Positions 14,332 to 17,692 of a stretch of DNA of 17,692 nucleotides are shown here, piece after piece; the first letter of the stretch is position 1; every line of letters starts with the position of its first letter. This stretch comes from Candidatus Hydrogenedentota bacterium (lineage in GTDB: Bacteria > Hydrogenedentota > Hydrogenedentia > Hydrogenedentales > JAEUWI01). Under the pieces are notes generated by a model, which was given only the letters and a program-made list of their open reading frames with translations, had not been told where the DNA came from and ran no database searches. The stretch is taken from NCBI GenBank assembly GCA_034669905.1, contig JAXMOL010000084.1, positions 1 to 17,692 of the forward strand, read 5' to 3'. Both the position numbers and the translations under genes were made by a program.

Positions 14332-16741
14332 GCTGGCGCCGCGTCGCGAGGGTTTTCGCGGTGACGACCATGTCGAGGAAGGCCTCCTTCTCGGGATCGC
14401 CCCCGGTGGCCGGACGGGCCATCTCCAGGATGCGGTCGAAGTTGTTGGGATGGCGGTAACCCGGGTTGCGTAAGACCTGCCCGAAGGCGGCGACGGACGC
14501 GGCAAAGCGGAAGTCGGGGTCACTTTCCCGGAGGTCGCCGTTCACGTAGTTCAGCGGGACCTCCAGCTTGGTGCTTTCATTACCCGATGGCTGCTTGTAA
14601 CGCATCTTCACCGTGAGCCATTCACCCGTCGGCTGAGGGGTAGGCTTGTCTCCGAGCTCGGGCGCGCCCGTCTCGGAATACTTCAAGGGGTCCACACCGG
14701 GTGTCGTGCTGGCCCCCCGGGGGATGATTTCGTAGAGCGCCGTAACCGTATGGCCCGCGCCGATCTCTCCGGCATCCTTCGTGTCATCATTGAAGTCCCG
14801 ATTCGCCAGGGCCCGGTTCTCGTAGCCCAGCAGGCGATAATGGGAGATGCGGTTGGGATTAAACTCTACCTGAATCTTCACATCCTTCGCGATGGTGTGG
14901 AGGGTGCCCGACAGCTGTCGGCCCAGGGCCTTTCGTGCTTCGGCGTGGGTGTCGATGTAGGCGTAGTTGCCGTTGCCGCGATCGGCCAGCTGTTCCAGCG
15001 TGGAGTCCTTCAGGTTGCCCATGCCAAAGCCCAGGGTCGTGAGGAACACGCCCGACTTGGCCCGGGCCTCGATCATACCCATGAGGCCCCCATGGGTCGT
15101 GTTGCCCACGTTGAAGTCCCCATCGGTCGCCATGATGACCCGGTTGATGCCTTCGGGGTCATAGGCGGCCTGGGCCATGTCGTAGGCCATCTGGATGCCG
15201 CCACCGCCATTCGTGCTGCCTCCAGAGCGGAGACTGTCGATAGCAAGGAGAATGGCGTTCTGATGTTGGCAGGAGGTCAGGTCAAGGACCTTCCGCGCAT
15301 TCCCGGAATAGGTGACAATGCCCACCCGATCCCGTGGCGTAAGCTGGCTCAGGAGGGTCTTCATGGATTCCTTCACCAGGGGCAACTTGTTGGCGTCGCC
15401 CATGGAGCCGGAGACATCCAGGAGGAAGACCAGATTCGCCGGGGGACGTTCTGCCGCAGCCACTTCTTTGCCTTTCACGCCAATGCGGACGAGGCGGTGA
15501 TTGGGATCCCAGGGGGCGGGGGCCCCATGGACTGCCACCGCGAAGGGATGGTGATCCGTCGGTTGGGGATAGTTATAGGCGAAGTAATTCACCATTTCCT
15601 CAATACGGACCGCGTCGGGCGGGGGCATCTGTCCCCGGTTCAGGAAGCGTCGCACGTTGCTGTAGGCCGCTGTGTCCACATCGATGCTGAAAGTGGAAAG
15701 GGGCTCGGCCCGGGTTTCGAGGAAGGGCTTCACGCCCGTGACCTTCACGTAGGTTTCCGAGCCGGGACCGCCCACGATTTGGGTGTTTTTCGGGTCAGGG
15801 GTATTCCAGTTCCAGGGGAGCTGCTCGGGGTTGGGAGCGGGTTCCGGTGCCACCTCATCACTGGGCAAATGGGAGGCCATCTGCCGGGGCAATTCCTGCT
15901 GACCCGTCAGGTTACCGACATTGTATTCAGACCACTGCTCTTCTTCGGCAGTTGGGACGTTGCCTTCTCGTTGGCTTCCATCGGTTTCGTAGCTCACACT
16001 GAGCCCATCTCTCAGGTTGGCGTTGATGTTGAGACGGTTCCTGGCCTCCACAATGTTTGCTTCGGTTTGGGCGGCTGTGTCTCCCGTATTGGTGTAAGCG
16101 TCAAACTCAATATAGGGTGAGACGTCATCTGTGAAATTGGCTTTGGTGCCAAGCTGCGTGGGGGGGGCACCATGGACGACGCCATCGCCGTTCTCATCAA
16201 CCAAAATGTCATCCTTCTCGCCCACATCATTTCGGAACCGAAGTGAACCATCCAGTTCTACGTCCTGAATGGGAGTCCAGTCAGTTCCTGCAGGCGCGGG
16301 CTCTTCCTGATAACTTTCAAGCGTGGCGAGCCGTTCTGCCGATGGTGTAGGTTCAGCGGCTGTACTCTTCAATGCCCGTGGCGCGGTATACCCTGCCAGG
16401 TTGGGCGTTCCAATGGCGGCAATAATTGCGATCATGGCGGCAAGCGCCACCCAGGTGGAAACCCGGCCCCACCACGCGGCGCCATCCACCACGTTTTCGG
16501 GCACTGTTTTTGCTTGGCCCACGATGGACTTACGCTGCAGGTCCGTAAGCGCGGGAGCCCCTTCTTCTTCCAGGAGAATCCGGCGCGTCGTATCGGCCAC
16601 GCCGCGCAGCTCCTCCACAAGGGCCTTGGCCTCTTTGTTTTCATCTGCTTTCAGGGCGGCCGCGACTTCGGCGGCCTCCTGTTCGTCCAATTCGCCGAGG
16701 ACATAATCCATCAGGCGGGGATCATCATGTTCGAGTCGCAT
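14318..16741 (-). CDS. YfbK-like von Willebrand factor A protein (vWF_A + VWA + DUF3520) with N-terminal anti-sigma-like domain and one TM helix, 807 aa
   Basis: DDPRLMDYVLGELD anti-sigma-like start; TM VSTWVALAAMIAIIAAIG; PLSTFSIDVDTAAYSNVRRFL and VRIEEMVNYF; MIDAS DVSGS..T..TDGD; IAKDVKIQVEFNP, GYENRAL..DFNDDTKDAGEIGAGHTVTALYEI; AAGGAG SD. Confidence 0.92.
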   Translation of the reverse strand: MRLEHDDPRLMDYVLGELDEQEAAEVAAALKADENKEAKALVEELRGVADTTRRILLEEEGAPALTDLQRKSIVGQAKTVPENVVDGAAWWGRVSTWVALAAMIAIIAAIGTPNLAGYTAPRALKSTAAEPTPSAERLATLESYQEEPAPAGTDWTPIQDVELDGSLRFRNDVGEKDDILVDENGDGVVHGAPPTQLGTKANFTDDVSPYIEFDAYTNTGDTAAQTEANIVEARNRLNINANLRDGLSVSYETDGSQREGNVPTAEEEQWSEYNVGNLTGQQELPRQMASHLPSDEVAPEPAPNPEQLPWNWNTPDPKNTQIVGGPGSETYVKVTGVKPFLETRAEPLSTFSIDVDTAAYSNVRRFLNRGQMPPPDAVRIEEMVNYFAYNYPQPTDHHPFAVAVHGAPAPWDPNHRLVRIGVKGKEVAAAERPPANLVFLLDVSGSMGDANKLPLVKESMKTLLSQLTPRDRVGIVTYSGNARKVLDLTSCQHQNAILLAIDSLRSGGSTNGGGGIQMAYDMAQAAYDPEGINRVIMATDGDFNVGNTTHGGLMGMIEARAKSGVFLTTLGFGMGNLKDSTLEQLADRGNGNYAYIDTHAEARKALGRQLSGTLHTIAKDVKIQVEFNPNRISHYRLLGYENRALANRDFNDDTKDAGEIGAGHTVTALYEIIPRGASTTPGVDPLKYSETGAPELGDKPTPQPTGEWLTVKMRYKQPSGNESTKLEVPLNYVNGDLRESDPDFRFAASVAAFGQVLRNPGYRHPNNFDRILEMARPATGGDPEKEAFLDMVVTAKTLATRRQRGLH

Positions 16742-16753
16742 GGGGAGACTCCT

Positions 16754-17287
16754 TTACTGGCCCAGGGCCGGATCGAGGCGGCCCTGGAGTTGTTGGCGGA
16801 GGGTCTTCAGGGTGGTGTGGATAATGTAGCGAACGCTGTTCACCGGATGGCCCGTGACCTCGCTGATTTCTTTGTAGGAAAGTTCATGTTGGAATTTGAG
16901 GCGGAAGACCTCCTGGTTTTTCTCCGGGAGTCCTGCCAACACGGCGTGGACCAGGGCTTCCGCCTCATGGCCCTCCGCCACCTTACCCGGGGCCGGCTTG
17001 GTGTCCGGTCGGGCCTCTGCTTGTCCTTCTGCCAGGGGTTGCATACGATTTTCCTTTTTGAGGACATCGAAGGCCCGGTTTCGGCAGACCCGGTAAAGCC
17101 AGGGGGCGAGGTGGGCCTCAATTTTGGTCCAATCCGCCGTACACAGCTTTACGAAGGTATCCTGCACGATATCCCGTGCCAATTCGCTGTTGCCCGTTAA
17201 TCGCGTCGCATAGCGGATGAGGGGGGCTTCATACCGGTCTAAGGCCTCCCGTACCCGTTCTGCGCTACGTTCCTGTTCATCGCTCAT
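16754..17287 (-). CDS. ECF (sigma-70 group 4) RNA polymerase sigma factor
   Basis: Region 2 ARDIVQDTFVKL and WLYRVCRNRAFD; region 4 LPEKNQEVFRLKFQHELSYKEISEVTG. ATG 17287 has a GGAG SD; alternative start ATG 17308. Stop is 12 nt before the vWA gene. Confidence 0.93.
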   Translation of the reverse strand: MSDEQERSAERVREALDRYEAPLIRYATRLTGNSELARDIVQDTFVKLCTADWTKIEAHLAPWLYRVCRNRAFDVLKKENRMQPLAEGQAEARPDTKPAPGKVAEGHEAEALVHAVLAGLPEKNQEVFRLKFQHELSYKEISEVTGHPVNSVRYIIHTTLKTLRQQLQGRLDPALGQ

Positions 17288-17343
17288 CGATTGCTCCGGA
17301 TATTCCATCCATGGCTGCTCTCACCGCAGGTAGCTACCCTTAT

Positions 17344-17370
17344 AACGAATGGGGGCGAGAAGGTGTTTAA
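17344..17370 (-). promoter_or_regulatory. Candidate ECF autoregulatory promoter
   Basis: Minus strand TTAAAC (17370-17365)-N17-CGTT (17347-17344), fitting the generic ECF AAC...CGT pattern. Confidence 0.45.
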
Positions 17371-17438
17371 AGTTTCAGTGTCATCGATTATCGTATATCC
17401 TGAGAACCCAGAACAGGCAGAAGGTTCGCGGGGGATGT

Positions 17439-17670
17439 GGGGACTGCACCGACGTGGTGAATTGGCAGTAGTTCGGGCAGTGTGTGGGTGGAAAGGTTTA
17501 CCCAGGGCAGGGTGGAAAACGTGCTAGTCGGGGCTGTCCCCCTCTGGAGGAGACGTGGTGAGAAGAGGGGGACAGCCCCGACTTCCGCGTGGTGTGGTTA
17601 CTGGGGGGTGATAGGGTTCGCCAGGACGACTGTCGCCCTGTGCCTGGTGAACGGCGTCGGTGCAGTCCCC
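17439..17670. mobile_element. Composite of two head-to-head 103-bp units (17439-17541, 17568-17670)
   Basis: GGGGACTGCACCGAC...GTCGGGGCTGTCCCC, 26-bp spacer CTCT...AGAG, then GGGGACAGCCCCGAC...GTCGGTGCAGTCCCC. Same architecture and orientation as 13996-14228. Confidence 0.85.
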
Positions 17671-17692
17671 AGTGACGTCGTGGATCGGAGGG

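Noticed and set aside
14750..16120. 456-aa + strand ORF
   Set aside because: Antisense shadow of the vWA gene, with no recognisable motifs.

Overview
GC-rich bacterial chromosomal window. Gene content (DUF1553/DUF1501 pair, PEP-CTERM protein, alpha2-type GlyRS, ECF-vWA pair) points to a PVC-like or Candidatus Hydrogenedentes-like diderm; this is an inference. Genes left to right: probable start of a gene running off the left edge (-), DUF1501 protein (-), PSCyt1/DUF1549/NPCBM/DUF1553 cytochrome (-), DUF805 (-), MliC lipoprotein (+), AI-2E transporter (-), glyQS (+), rsgA (+), a 62-aa GspF/PilC-N-like protein (+), a polyproline PEP-CTERM protein (+), a Ca2+/Na+ antiporter (+), a YfbK-like vWA membrane protein (-) and an ECF sigma factor (-). 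The intergenic DNA is dense with at least four families of REP/MITE-like elements. The most notable observations are: (1) porin-like beta-strand segments inside the putative vWA anti-sigma factor; (2) a fixed-length ~103-bp inverted-repeat element in six copies, which forms two composite elements bracketing the sigma/vWA cassette and supplies the vWA stop codon; (3) a long leader with a duplicated riboswitch-like motif upstream of the cation antiporter; (4) a frameshifted RAYT transposase relic within a REP cluster; (5) a candidate sRNA with an anti-SD loop. No CRISPR array, tRNA or rRNA was seen. All family assignments come from motif recognition by eye, not database searches.
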